A DNA stretch of 64,000 bases, taken from assembly GCA_037927135.1 (NCBI GenBank), contig JAXSPP010000007.1:50073-114072 (forward strand), given 5' to 3'. The translations under genes were made by a program, and so were the position numbers. This stretch comes from Candidatus Pampinifervens sinense (GTDB taxonomy: Bacteria; Aquificota; Aquificia; Aquificales; Aquificaceae). The notes under the pieces were generated by a model. It was not told the origin of the DNA. It saw nothing but the letters and a program-made list of their open reading frames with translations, and searched no databases. This document shows positions 20,241-30,546 of the stretch, in pieces (position 1 is the first letter of the stretch; each line of letters begins with the position of its first letter).

Positions 20241-20824
20241 GGATAGACCCTCCTGTATCCCTTTCCTTCCTTCTTGTATATGGCTTCTACGCCAAAGCCT
20301 TCCCTTTTTAGCTCTTCATATATTTCCTTGGCCTTTCCAAAGCCATACACAGCCAAAACTACTCCACACCTTGGGTCTATCTCATCGGGTATGGGTATAA
20401 GCTTTGCTTTTCCTTTAAGGTGCTTTTCTGCCCTTGTGCCTTCCGATATTGCCGTAAAGGTTATAAAGTGGTCTGGCTTTTTGCTAAAAGGGTTTATCTG
20501 CATGAGTATATGCCTTATGTGAAGCTTTACACCCAGAGAGTGGAACTTTATCCAATACCAAAGACTCGGCTCTATAGCCTGAGACCTCTTCCTCAAAACT
20601 GCCACAACCTTGCCGTCCTCCTTTTTGAGTTTGACAAGCTCGTTGCCCGTTTGCATACACCAGCTCATAATGTCCCTTTCAAAGCCTGGGTCTGTAGAGA
20701 TGACAATAAGAATTTGCCCTTCTTTCATCTTTCTCATCTTCTCCGATGTTATAACCACAGGTAGTGGGCACATAAGCCCAGTTAAATCAAGGTACTCTTC
20801 TTTCAATTCATCTACCACCCTCAT
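20237..20824 (-). CDS. TusA-like sulfur carrier fused to a DUF3343-like domain
   Basis: LDLTGLMCPLP (TusA CPxP motif); C-terminal PIPDEIDPRCG. Confidence 0.75.
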   Translation of the reverse strand: MRVVDELKEEYLDLTGLMCPLPVVITSEKMRKMKEGQILIVISTDPGFERDIMSWCMQTGNELVKLKKEDGKVVAVLRKRSQAIEPSLWYWIKFHSLGVKLHIRHILMQINPFSKKPDHFITFTAISEGTRAEKHLKGKAKLIPIPDEIDPRCGVVLAVYGFGKAKEIYEELKREGFGVEAIYKKEGKGYRRVYP

Positions 20825-20833
20825 GGCTCCACC

Positions 20834-21679
20834 TCACACCGCTATAACCTTTGCTTTACGCCCTTCTTCAAAACCCTCTATGTACAAGCTTATAAATTTA
20901 CTAGCCTTTTCAAGGTTTTTCAATAGTTCTTGATCATAAAGTTCCATAGGATTGTTCACATAAAAACTTACCCTTGCTTCTCCCTTTTCAAGCCTTATAG
21001 GCACATGAAATCCACCATTGGAAAAGTCTATCTCCTTTGAGGAATGTTCGTATAGGGGTGTGATACTTATAGCCTTTAGACTAAACCTCTCCTTTATAGC
21101 CTTTAGATAATCTTCAAGACTTTGACTTTCTTGAAGGGTATCCAAAAGCTCCGCCTGGGCTCTTAAAATGACCATTTCCTTTTCCAGCTTGCTGTAGTCT
21201 GCAGTTATCTTAGAGTAAGCCTTCCTTAGGTTCCTCACATAGAACCTTTCCTTTCTTAGTGCATCCACAAGGTCTGGATGTAAGGAAGATATATATAAGG
21301 CTATGAGAAATGGAAGTAGAGAAAGACCAAGCTTACCATAATGATAAAAGGAAAAACCGACTGTAAACCAAAGGAATAACATACCGTAAAATACTCTTCT
21401 GCTTGAGTAAAGAGATATGAAGGGTAGAAGGGCAAAAAAACCTTCCTTTTGCCCGGAAAATATGGCTAAGGCAGGCACAAAGATTATGTCTCCATAGTTT
21501 TTGAAAAGCTTTAATTTCCCAGGATAAAGGTAGTGATACATGCTGAAAAGGAGGTAGATCACAGAGGGAACTATAAGAAGTGCTTGTTTAGTTGGTGGTT
21601 TTCCCACAGATAAAGCTATAAAGTATACAAATACTAGAACTCTGAGTGCCAAAAAGATTAATGCCATGTCTCTAAGCAT
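20834..21679 (-). CDS. hypothetical membrane protein with coiled coil and soluble C-terminal domain
   Basis: About 5 hydrophobic segments followed by a charged helix. Confidence 0.65.
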   Translation of the reverse strand: MLRDMALIFLALRVLVFVYFIALSVGKPPTKQALLIVPSVIYLLFSMYHYLYPGKLKLFKNYGDIIFVPALAIFSGQKEGFFALLPFISLYSSRRVFYGMLFLWFTVGFSFYHYGKLGLSLLPFLIALYISSLHPDLVDALRKERFYVRNLRKAYSKITADYSKLEKEMVILRAQAELLDTLQESQSLEDYLKAIKERFSLKAISITPLYEHSSKEIDFSNGGFHVPIRLEKGEARVSFYVNNPMELYDQELLKNLEKASKFISLYIEGFEEGRKAKVIAV

Positions 21680-21686
21680 ATGCCTT

Positions 21687-21944
21687 CTACTCCACTTCTA
21701 TTCTTTTAACCTTTCCCTTCCTTTCAACCTTTTCTATCTTCCCTTCCAACTTGCTAACCTCATGATCTACTATTGCTTTAAGGATCTTCCAGAAGGAGAG
21801 CTCTATGACGTAAAGGTTTTTAATCACTTCCCTTCTTACCTCCTTAGGGGGAAGGAGTATTTCAAGTACCTTAAAAAGATCCCTTCTTAACTCTTCTACC
21901 TGCTGTTCAAGGCTCTCTTGATCTACCTTTTCCTTCCCTTCCAT
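21687..21944 (-). CDS. hypothetical coiled-coil protein
   Basis: 85-aa ORF, E/K-rich, co-oriented with its neighbours. Confidence 0.6.
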   Translation of the reverse strand: MEGKEKVDQESLEQQVEELRRDLFKVLEILLPPKEVRREVIKNLYVIELSFWKILKAIVDHEVSKLEGKIEKVERKGKVKRIEVE

Positions 21945-21959
21945 GGCTTTAAATATATT

Positions 21960-22691
21960 CTACAACTTCATAAGCTTCAAGAATTCCTTCACAGCCCTTT
22001 CCATACCCCACAGTATGGCATTGGATACTATAGAATGTCCCACGTTTAACTCTTCCACCACATCCTTTAACTCCCTTACAAGAAGGGGAGTATTTTTATA
22101 GGTGAGGCCATGACCAGCATAGACTTTTAATCCTAAGGATCTAGCCTTTATTCCCGCTTCTTTTAACCTCTCAAGCTCCCTTTTTGCCTCCTCTATAAGG
22201 TGAGCATTAAAGAGGTTCGCATACCTTCCTGTATGAAGCTCTATAGCATCCGCTCCGACTTCCTTACTTGCATACACTTGATCTTCCTCAGGTTCTATAA
22301 ACAAGGAAACCTCTAGGCCATTCTCCTTAAAATCTTTAATATACTCCTTCAAATAATCCTTCATCTTGACCACATCAAGCCCACCTTCTGTAGTGATCTC
22401 TTCCCGTCTTTCTGGCACTAAAGTTATCCTGTTAGGCTTTACCCTAAGGGCTATTTCTTTCATCTCCTGTGTAGGTGCCATCTCAAGGTTTACAGGCACA
22501 TGAACAGCTCTCTTAATTAATTCTAGATCCTCCTCCTGTATATGTCTTCTGTCCTCTCTTAAGTGAAGGGTGATCTGGTGAGCACCCGCTTGCTGAGCCA
22601 AAAGGGCAGCAAAAAGGGGACTTGGTTCAAAGGTTCTTCTTGCCTGCCTTACGGTTGCCACATGGTCTACGTTTACACCGAGCCTCATCAA
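21960..22691 (-). CDS. pdxJ: pyridoxine 5'-phosphate synthase
   Basis: LGVNVDHVAT.RQAR, HLREDRRHI, TTEGGLD, AGHGL. Confidence 0.97.
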   Translation of the reverse strand: MMRLGVNVDHVATVRQARRTFEPSPLFAALLAQQAGAHQITLHLREDRRHIQEEDLELIKRAVHVPVNLEMAPTQEMKEIALRVKPNRITLVPERREEITTEGGLDVVKMKDYLKEYIKDFKENGLEVSLFIEPEEDQVYASKEVGADAIELHTGRYANLFNAHLIEEAKRELERLKEAGIKARSLGLKVYAGHGLTYKNTPLLVRELKDVVEELNVGHSIVSNAILWGMERAVKEFLKLMKL

Positions 22692-22707
22692 GGTTTATAT
22701 TATAACT

Positions 22708-23586
22708 ATGCTGGAGCTAAAAGAAAGAGATCCCTTAAGCAACTTACTTTTGGAAGTGCTGGAAGACCCATCAAAAAAGGAAATGATCTATTATCTTATA
22801 TGCTATCTACAGCTTGTAAGAAGGGAGGACAGTTTTAACATAGAGCTAAACAGGTTTCTATCCTGTGCTTACAAAAACTTTCAAAGAGCAAGAAGCTATT
22901 GGAAGGATCTGTTGGTTAGCATGAACGTCTTTGTTATCTCAGACCTCTATGGAAACCTTTACATGGGTAAAGACATATATAAGGTGGAGGAGGAAGGGAT
23001 ATACCTGATAAGCTTAAGGCACGAGTATTTGAATCAGGTTGATGAGATAGGTCTAAAAGCTTTAAAGTTGTGGAATATACTCAGTAAAACTGCTGTTTAT
23101 AGAAAGTTTATAACAGCGCAGGATGCGGTAATCATATCCACTCTACTCTTTAACGAAGGACTCTACCAAGAGGTTATAAATTACTGTGAGCTTTGCATTG
23201 AGAGATATCCCTCCGAGGCTTCATACTTTAGAATACTTGATAGGCTTTCTAGATTGTATACAGAGGCTAAAGATGTAAAAGGGATAATTAGAGAGGTTCT
23301 AAAGGAGCTTGAAAGGCTGGGAGAGGTATTCTATGGTGTGAACCTTTTGAAGCTAAGGAGAGATATGGAGGTTATGTTAAAGAGGGTTGAGAGGGGGCAG
23401 AGCATTGGACCAATACGTATTGAATTTGTAAAGTACAGAGATAGGGGAAAGGGCCTACTTGGTAGAATATTTAGGAAGATAAGGGAGTTGGCCATAAGTA
23501 TATTTAGAAGAAGGAAGGAGGGTTATAGTTCCTTTGGGGAGGTCTTATGTTCAAAGAATTTTCAGACCCAATACATCAGCTTATAA
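22708..23586 (+). CDS. hypothetical protein (possible degenerate DUF309/TPR-like segment)
   Basis: 292-aa ORF; LLFNEGLY.EV segment. Confidence 0.6.
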   Translation: MLELKERDPLSNLLLEVLEDPSKKEMIYYLICYLQLVRREDSFNIELNRFLSCAYKNFQRARSYWKDLLVSMNVFVISDLYGNLYMGKDIYKVEEEGIYLISLRHEYLNQVDEIGLKALKLWNILSKTAVYRKFITAQDAVIISTLLFNEGLYQEVINYCELCIERYPSEASYFRILDRLSRLYTEAKDVKGIIREVLKELERLGEVFYGVNLLKLRRDMEVMLKRVERGQSIGPIRIEFVKYRDRGKGLLGRIFRKIRELAISIFRRRKEGYSSFGEVLCSKNFQTQYISL

Positions 23587-24656
23587 AGGCCGATCCTTGT
23601 GAAACTAAAGTAATAAACAGCTTTCCAATGCAGAGGTTAAGGTTTATAAAACAGCTGGGTATAACTTACCTCGTCTTTCCGTCCGCACAACATAGCAGGT
23701 TTGAACACTCCCTTGGCACCATGGAGCTGGCTGGAAGAATTTATGTAGGCCTTGGTCTCAAGGATGAAAGACTTTATAGCCTTTTTAGGCTTGCTGGTCT
23801 TTTGCATGATATAGGGCATGCACCCTTTTCCCACACTACAGAGGTCCTTCTCGGAGACAAAAGTCACGAAAGCATAGGCGAAAGGGTTATCTTTGAAGAG
23901 GGTGTGGCGGACATTTTAAAGGATTGTGGATACACAGATGAAGAGATCAACATAATTGTGCGTATAGCCTTTAAGAAGGATAAGAGCCTTCCGATGATAA
24001 TAACGGGAGAGTTTGGTGCAGACAGGATGGACTATCTCAGAAGAGATGCCTACTTTTGTGGCACTTCCTATGGCTTTTTTGATTACAGCAGGCTTCTTGA
24101 GAATATACTTTTGGTGGATGGTAAAAAATGTGTTCATATTAGCGCCTTAAGGTCCTTGGAAAGCTTTATACTTGGCAGGTACTTTATGTACTCTCAGGTC
24201 TATTTTCATAAGGTTGTGCGCATACTAAACATACATCTAAAAGAGGTCATTGAAGACTTTTTCAAAGAAGGTCTTTTGGATCCAAGAGATTTCCACAGGA
24301 AAACGGACCATCATGTCATATCCCTTATGTTGGATAGACATAAGGAAGAGAAGGTAAGGAGAGTTTTGGGAAGGGAGCATTACAGAGAGGTTTTCTTCAC
24401 TTCATCTAAAGATGTTTTTGAATATGTAAAAGAGAGGCTTTTGGAGAGGTATGAGGAGGACCTTTTGCGCTTTGACCACATAAGCAAAAAAGTTCTGGAT
24501 GAAGACATACCCTTATGGGATGGGAGCAAGCTTAAAAGCCTCAGAGAAGTTTCACACCTCGTCTCTTCCCTAAGGGATATAGAATTTTACAGAATATACG
24601 CCCATCCTAAGCACAAGGATGATGTAAAAAGCTATGTTCGCAAAATATATGGATAA
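23547..24656 (+). CDS. HD-domain phosphohydrolase (dNTP triphosphohydrolase-like)
   Basis: DPIH, QRLR.IKQLG, HSRFEHSLG, LLHDIGHAPFSH, ADRMDYL.RD. Confidence 0.9.
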   Translation: MFKEFSDPIHQLIKADPCETKVINSFPMQRLRFIKQLGITYLVFPSAQHSRFEHSLGTMELAGRIYVGLGLKDERLYSLFRLAGLLHDIGHAPFSHTTEVLLGDKSHESIGERVIFEEGVADILKDCGYTDEEINIIVRIAFKKDKSLPMIITGEFGADRMDYLRRDAYFCGTSYGFFDYSRLLENILLVDGKKCVHISALRSLESFILGRYFMYSQVYFHKVVRILNIHLKEVIEDFFKEGLLDPRDFHRKTDHHVISLMLDRHKEEKVRRVLGREHYREVFFTSSKDVFEYVKERLLERYEEDLLRFDHISKKVLDEDIPLWDGSKLKSLREVSHLVSSLRDIEFYRIYAHPKHKDDVKSYVRKIYG

Positions 24657-26559
24657 TTCCAGATTTATCACCCTTCTTTTGGTGCATCTTACTGCCCTTA
24701 TAGGCATACTTTCCTTGTGGAATGTGGCTGAAAGTCTCTACTTTTTTGTATTTCTTTTTGTCTATCTTCTTGGCGTTTATATGGATTTTAAGGGCTTTTA
24801 TCCCATAAGAAGAGTTTTTCTAACCCTCTTTGGCTTTATACTTAGCCTCTACTTTTTGTCCTTTTTGAGCCTTGAAGACCTATTAAAGCCCTTTGCCCAT
24901 GTGGTCCTTTTGCTTCTTTCCATAAAAAGCCTTGAAGAAAAAAGGCCAAGGGACCTATACCAGATACTCCTTCTTGGCCTTTTTGCCCTCTCCATATCAA
25001 CGGCCTATAATCTTAGCCTTAGCTTCCTTTTGGTCTTTTTGCTTTATAGCTTTCTTGGTCTTACTTCCCTTGTCTTTTTAAACCTCTATAGAAAGGTTGG
25101 AGAAAAAAGGCTTGGATGGCTTAGCTACAAGGGCTTTTTCTTTGTAAGCCTTGTTTTCTTTTTGTTTGTGCTTTTCCTTACTCCAGCCTTTTTCTTCTTT
25201 TTACCACGAAGCCAAGCGCCTCTTTTTGACCTTTTTTCCAGAGGTAGTGGTCTAAGGACTGGCTTGGCTGATAGCATAAGCCTTGGAAAGGTAGGAGAGA
25301 TACAGGAGGACAACACAGTTGCCTTCAGAGTCTATGGACTTCCACCAAGCTTAAAAGAGCCATACTGGAGGGCTATAGTTTTTGACAGATATGAAAATCA
25401 CACATGGCTTAAGGAAAGGGAGGTGCCACTGCCTCAACCAAGCGGTGTGGGAGAATACGTTTATACCTTAGTAATTGAGCCATCCTTTGACAACATCATA
25501 CCAGCCCTTGATTACCCTTATAGCATCCTTAAGGTGGAAGGCATAAGCGCCAATGCTTATATAACATTGGGAAACACTCTGCGCCTTGAGAGGGAGATAA
25601 ACAGAACCATAAGGGTAAGGCTTAGTTCCTCAAGGGAGATGTATATAAAGGAAAGCCCAGAAAGGTACTTGGATGTGCCAAAGGATATTAGTCCAAACAT
25701 AAAAAGGCTTGCAAGAGAACTTGAAAAGGGTGCAAAAGATGATATGGAAAAGGTAAAAAGGGTTATAAATTACTTTTCCAAAGGCTATAGCTATACTTTG
25801 AGGCTTGAAAAGTATGAAGGAGATCCTCTTGATTACTTCCTTTTTGTATCAAAAAAGGGCAACTGCGAATACTATGCCAGCGCAACCGCACTGCTTTTGA
25901 GAGTTATGGGGGTGCCAGCAAGGGTGGTGGGTGGCTATAAGGGAGCTTTGTGGAATCAATACGGTGGCTATCATATAGTTACCAACTCTATGGCCCATGT
26001 GTGGGTAGAGGCCTACGTTAACGGAGAATGGATAAGGGTGGATACCACACCACCCTACATACCCCCAGCCGTCAAAAGAATATCCACCCTTGCCCTCATA
26101 AGGGACTACATAGTTAGCTTTTGGTATTCCAATGTGGTGGGATATTCTTCCGAAAAGCAGATAAGGCTTTTTAAAAACATTGGGGAAGGTTTAAAGTCTG
26201 AATTAAAGCTGGAAAGCCTAAGGAAGAGGTTTTTGCAAGCCTTTTATCTTTTGGTATTCACAGCCGGTCTTTATTTGACTGTCCTTTTTGTCCTAAAACA
26301 GAGAAGAACGCCGGAGAACCTATACGGTAGGACAAAAGCCCTGCTTGTAAAAGAAGGCATAATAAAGGAGGATGCCCTCCCTGAAGAGATACTCTCCTCT
26401 TGCAAAGACAAAGAATACTACAAGCTGGTCAAGTTTATCCTTTCCATATACCAAAGACACAAATACTCTCCCTACAAGGTCTATCCAGACGAGGTAAGGG
26501 AAGGCTACAATGCTTTGAGCAAGTTAAAAGATCTTATCCGTAGTTCTCGTCGCTCCTGA
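24649..26559 (+). CDS. membrane transglutaminase-like protein (TgpA/DUF3488)
   Basis: Multi-TM N-terminus, [26 protein letters not shown]. Confidence 0.85.
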   Translation: MDNSRFITLLLVHLTALIGILSLWNVAESLYFFVFLFVYLLGVYMDFKGFYPIRRVFLTLFGFILSLYFLSFLSLEDLLKPFAHVVLLLLSIKSLEEKRPRDLYQILLLGLFALSISTAYNLSLSFLLVFLLYSFLGLTSLVFLNLYRKVGEKRLGWLSYKGFFFVSLVFFLFVLFLTPAFFFFLPRSQAPLFDLFSRGSGLRTGLADSISLGKVGEIQEDNTVAFRVYGLPPSLKEPYWRAIVFDRYENHTWLKEREVPLPQPSGVGEYVYTLVIEPSFDNIIPALDYPYSILKVEGISANAYITLGNTLRLEREINRTIRVRLSSSREMYIKESPERYLDVPKDISPNIKRLARELEKGAKDDMEKVKRVINYFSKGYSYTLRLEKYEGDPLDYFLFVSKKGNCEYYASATALLLRVMGVPARVVGGYKGALWNQYGGYHIVTNSMAHVWVEAYVNGEWIRVDTTPPYIPPAVKRISTLALIRDYIVSFWYSNVVGYSSEKQIRLFKNIGEGLKSELKLESLRKRFLQAFYLLVFTAGLYLTVLFVLKQRRTPENLYGRTKALLVKEGIIKEDALPEEILSSCKDKEYYKLVKFILSIYQRHKYSPYKVYPDEVREGYNALSKLKDLIRSSRRS

Positions 26560-26914
26560 CCCTTACAACCGTATGCACGTTTCCCCTTGGATTGAAATCT
26601 CCTATTACTTCCAAAAATCTGGGCTTTAAAAGCTCGTAGAGGGCTGAATATATCTCGTTTGTGGCCTGCTCATGAGAGATATACCTGTTTCTAAACTTGT
26701 TTAGCCAAAGCTTTAGGGACCTTAGCTCCACTATCTTTTTGTCCGGTATGTATCTTATCTTTATGGTGGCATAGTCTGGATAGCCAGAACGGGGACAAAG
26801 GCAGGAAAACTCTGGAAAGGTAATCTCAATCATGTAGTTCCTCTCTGGTGTAGGATTATCCCAAGCTTCCAGCTCCGCCTGCTCTATAGCAATCTCTCCA
26901 TACTTCTTTTCCAT
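26534..26914 (-). CDS. queF: preQ0 reductase (short, single-domain type)
   Basis: [30 protein letters not shown]. Confidence 0.95.
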   Translation of the reverse strand: MEKKYGEIAIEQAELEAWDNPTPERNYMIEITFPEFSCLCPRSGYPDYATIKIRYIPDKKIVELRSLKLWLNKFRNRYISHEQATNEIYSALYELLKPRFLEVIGDFNPRGNVHTVVRVRSDENYG

Positions 26915-26919
26915 AGGAT

Positions 26920-28185
26920 TTATTTTAAGCCACCATTACACTCAAGCAAGGCATAAACTCCGTCAAACTCCTTGCCCTTTAGAAGAAGTTTGCAACTCGA
27001 TAAATCTTTTAGATGGCTTTCCTTTGTTATGATTAGGCCTTTCGCCCGAAGGGGGTCTTCAAGCCTTTCTATGCATCTTTCTGAGTAATAAACCAAGGCT
27101 GAGTCTTCTGCCTTGTAAAAATAGACTGGCCCTTGATAGGCTTTGACTATGGGGTATGCCTTAGGTGTAAACCTGTTGGACTGATAGAGGTATAAAAGGG
27201 GCAACAAAGAGAAAAGCACAAGTAGGGAGAGGGAAACAGCAAATCTCAAATAGCTTTTGCTTGCCACATGGGCCAGAAGGATGGCAAGGGGTGGGTAGGC
27301 AAAGAGTATGTAGTGGTGTAGCTTGTTGCTGGCAAGGCTAAAAAAGATAAGCACAAAGGAAAACCAAAGAAGTAGAGGGGTCCACTCCCTTTTAAAGCCT
27401 TTCAAAAGCCTTGGGTATAGGGGTAGGTACCAAAGGGTGCCTACGGCGAGGACAATAAGATAGTAATAAAAAGGTGCAGGATGGGTGGACCTCTGCCCTG
27501 TGTATCTCATAAAGTTCTCATATATGAAAAACCTATAGAAGTATTCGTAGCCATAATGGGCTATCATGAAGGCATATCAAGAGAAGCCAAAGACAAAGAA
27601 AAGGAATAAACCTTTTGGGTTGAGAAATCTAAAATCCCTTTTCCAAAGGAGATAAACACCTACGCATAGGACCACACCTACAGGACCTTTTGTAAGGAAG
27701 GCAAGGGACAGGGCAAGCCAACCCAAAAGGAACCTTTCTTTTAAAAAGGCGTAAAGCCCAGCAAAGGTGAAAAAGGTATTTAGCATCTCTGGAACTACAG
27801 CCCTTGACTCTATCCAAAGATGGGGAAAGGTAAGAAGTATTAAAGAGGCTTTTATGGCTATGTCCTTTGAGTAAAGGTCTCTTGCCAAAAGGTATGTTAG
27901 GACTGTTAGGCCTATGGCCGAAAGGCCTGAAACAAGTCTTGCAGAAAATTCATTTAAACCGAAGAGAAAAGAACTTATGGAAACAAGCCAGTATAGCATT
28001 GGAGGCTTTTCAAACCTTGGCTGGCAGTTATACATGGGGAAGATAAAGTCTTTACTTTTTAGCATGTGCTGGACTGCGCTCATATTCCTCCCTTCATCAA
28101 GGGAGGTAAAGGACAATATACAGTTGCCAAGGAGGAAGTAGAGGAAGGATAAGATTAAAAGACCAAGTAGGCCACGAGAAAGCAT
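26920..28185 (-). pseudogene. ArnT/GT39-family glycosyltransferase interrupted by an in-frame TGA (27579-27577)
   Basis: Two same-frame ORFs; DEGR, FEKPPM.YW, LTKGPVG, then FGFS*YAFM; C-terminal half has KLHHYIL..YPPLA. Confidence 0.75.
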
Positions 28186-28655
28186 AGCACTCCTATAAAC
28201 CATCCTACCACCACATCAAGGGGAAAATGCACACCCATATAAACTCTACCATAGCCTATGAGAAGGGGGTATAAAAGAAGAAAGGGCCTTAGCCAAGGTG
28301 GGGAGACTTCTATAAGACATAGGGCAATGCTCATGGCCATGGCAGAGTCTCCAGAAGGGAAGGATTTTAGATGTAGGTCCTCTAAGGCATAAACCTTTGG
28401 AAGGACAGAGGGAGGCCTTTTTGCCCTTATGGTATACTTTAGTGCTTTTACGATAATAGTTTGTAAAACCATTACAAGAAGATACTTTGGAAAAGCCTTT
28501 TTTAAAAGGGTAAAGAACAGCACACCCACTAAGGCACCAAACCAGCCCTTTCCAAGATGGTGAAAGTATCTGTAAAAGAGGTCCAAAAAGGCATGTCTGT
28601 TATGGTTTATAAGATAGAAAAGCCTATGGTTAAAAGGAATATTTTCTATGTCCAT
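28155..28655 (-). CDS. PAP2 family phosphatase (undecaprenyl-PP or lipid A phosphatase-like)
   Basis: K....AKRP, SFPSGD, GRVYMGVHFPLDV. Confidence 0.85.
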   Translation of the reverse strand: MDIENIPFNHRLFYLINHNRHAFLDLFYRYFHHLGKGWFGALVGVLFFTLLKKAFPKYLLVMVLQTIIVKALKYTIRAKRPPSVLPKVYALEDLHLKSFPSGDSAMAMSIALCLIEVSPPWLRPFLLLYPLLIGYGRVYMGVHFPLDVVVGWFIGVLCFLVAYLVF

Positions 28656-29071
28656 TTATAGACTATTTTGCCCCTACTTACCTCCTCTGGCACAAGTACC
28701 ACTTTTTGATCGCTCATAAAGGAGACAAAGCCCTCTATCAGCCCTGCAAAGAAGTAAACCACTGGTGATTTCATAAGGTCGTTGCCTACTATGGCATCGG
28801 TGAATATGTCCTCCTCCGCTATAACCTTGTCCCCTTCCATCTTTATTGATTTGGCAAAGCCAAGGTCCTCAAGTATGGCGCAGGACCTCCTTAGGGCCTC
28901 TTCCTTTTGCAAGACCTCTGGGAAATGTCCAATTAGACTCTCTAAAAGCCTTGGACCTGCTTGCTTTCCCGCATCGCGCATTACAGCCTTTGCCCCCTTA
29001 TCACCTATGAGGCTCTTTACACCCTCCGCCATATTTACAATGGCAAGCAGCAGTATGTCCGCATCAATCAT
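28646..29071 (-). CDS. hypothetical protein, possibly V4R-like small-molecule-binding fold
   Basis: A.MRDAGKQAG and FFAGLIEGF patterns. Confidence 0.55.
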   Translation of the reverse strand: MIDADILLLAIVNMAEGVKSLIGDKGAKAVMRDAGKQAGPRLLESLIGHFPEVLQKEEALRRSCAILEDLGFAKSIKMEGDKVIAEEDIFTDAIVGNDLMKSPVVYFFAGLIEGFVSFMSDQKVVLVPEEVSRGKIVYKWT

Positions 29072-29151
29072 GCTAATTACCCCCTTGTCATTATATCCTA
29101 AAATCTGATATGAATTTAATTAGTCCTCCTTATAAGGTTTATAAGCTTTCT

Positions 29152-30513
29152 TTAACCCACCACCTCATATACCCTTCCCCTAAACTTGGCACCAAGGGAT
29201 CTGGCAAGCTCCTCCGTTTTTTTCATATCCACTCCATCAAAATCTACTGCCGTGGCTACCACTTCAAAGCCCTCCTTAACAGCTTCCTTTATAAAGTCTA
29301 TCACCATTTCAAAGGCGTTGGCTTGGGCTGGCCTGCATACCCTATCATAAGTTTCCTTATCTGGCGCATTGAGGCTTACAGACCAAACATCCACCAATCC
29401 CTTTAGCTCTTTTAGCTTCTCCCTTGGCAAAAAGGTAAACATAAGGCCGTTAGTATCCACCCTTACCCTTCCACCTCTCTCCTTTACCCATTTGGCTATC
29501 TCTTTTAGTGCAGAAAACCTTAAAGTAGGCTCTCCATATCCACAGAAGACTATCTCCTCATATTTCTTTGGGTCTCCTATCTCCCTTATCACCTCCTCTA
29601 CGCTTGGGTCCCTTGAGACCCAAACCCAGTAGCCCTTTACCATAAAGTTCCTCTCCCTTTCCCTTTGACAGAAGGCGCAGTGAAGGTTGCACTTATTGGT
29701 AAGGTTTATATAAAGCTTGTTGTTTATCACGTAGGTTATGGTCTCCTTTTTTCCGTTTATGAGGTTAAACAGAAGCTTGGCGTTTTCTGAGGTCATCCTC
29801 TCTACATCTTCAAAGGAGCTGTTGGGTATTAGCTGGGCCAAAACCTCTGCCGTATACCTTATGTATGGTGGCTTATTTGGCTTTCCTCTCACAGGCTGGG
29901 GTGCCAAAAAGGGAGCATCCGTCTCTATCAAAAGCCTGTAGGTAGGCGTCTTTTTTACCACTTCCCTGAGGGCTTGTGCATTTGGGTATGTGATTATGCC
30001 AGAGTAGGATATATAAAAGCCAAGGTCCACGCAAGCCTTCATAAACTCATAGGACCCTGTAAAGCAATGCATCACACCCCCCACCTCATAAGCCTTTTCT
30101 TCCCTCAAGATCCTAATAGTTTCCTCTTCTGCATTCCTTGAGTGGACCACAATGGGAAGGCCAAGCTCCCTTGCTATGGCTATCTGTCTTCTAAAGACCT
30201 CCTCCTGCCTTTTTCTATCTGAATACTCCTTATAGAAATCAAGGCCCATCTCGCCAAGGGCCTTAACCTTTGGATGCTTAGTTGCCAGCTCCTTTAGCCA
30301 TTCAAAATCCTCTTCCTTTACCTTGTCCGCCTCGTGAGGATGAAAGCCTATGGCACAAAAGACATGATCATGTTCTTCTGAAAGCCTTATGGCGTTCTTT
30401 ATGGTCTTCCTGTCATAGCCTACGGTAATAAGGCACTCTAAGCCCTCATCCTTTAGCGTCTCTTCCAAATCTTCCTTCTTCAAAAGGTCTAAGTGGCAAT
30501 GGGTGTCTATCAT
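29152..30513 (-). CDS. TatD DNase fused to a TatD-associated radical SAM domain
   Basis: IDTHCHL, GEMGLD, HCFTG, ETDAP, then LYINLTNKCNLHCAFC and VFCGYGEP. Confidence 0.9.
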   Translation of the reverse strand: MIDTHCHLDLLKKEDLEETLKDEGLECLITVGYDRKTIKNAIRLSEEHDHVFCAIGFHPHEADKVKEEDFEWLKELATKHPKVKALGEMGLDFYKEYSDRKRQEEVFRRQIAIARELGLPIVVHSRNAEEETIRILREEKAYEVGGVMHCFTGSYEFMKACVDLGFYISYSGIITYPNAQALREVVKKTPTYRLLIETDAPFLAPQPVRGKPNKPPYIRYTAEVLAQLIPNSSFEDVERMTSENAKLLFNLINGKKETITYVINNKLYINLTNKCNLHCAFCQRERERNFMVKGYWVWVSRDPSVEEVIREIGDPKKYEEIVFCGYGEPTLRFSALKEIAKWVKERGGRVRVDTNGLMFTFLPREKLKELKGLVDVWSVSLNAPDKETYDRVCRPAQANAFEMVIDFIKEAVKEGFEVVATAVDFDGVDMKKTEELARSLGAKFRGRVYEVVG

Positions 30514-30546
30514 GGAAATAGAAAGATATAAAAAAGCCGTGCTTTT

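Noticed and set aside
27577-27579. Selenocysteine readthrough of the TGA in the ArnT-like gene
   Set aside because: The position corresponds to Trp rather than Cys, and no SECIS-like hairpin is evident downstream
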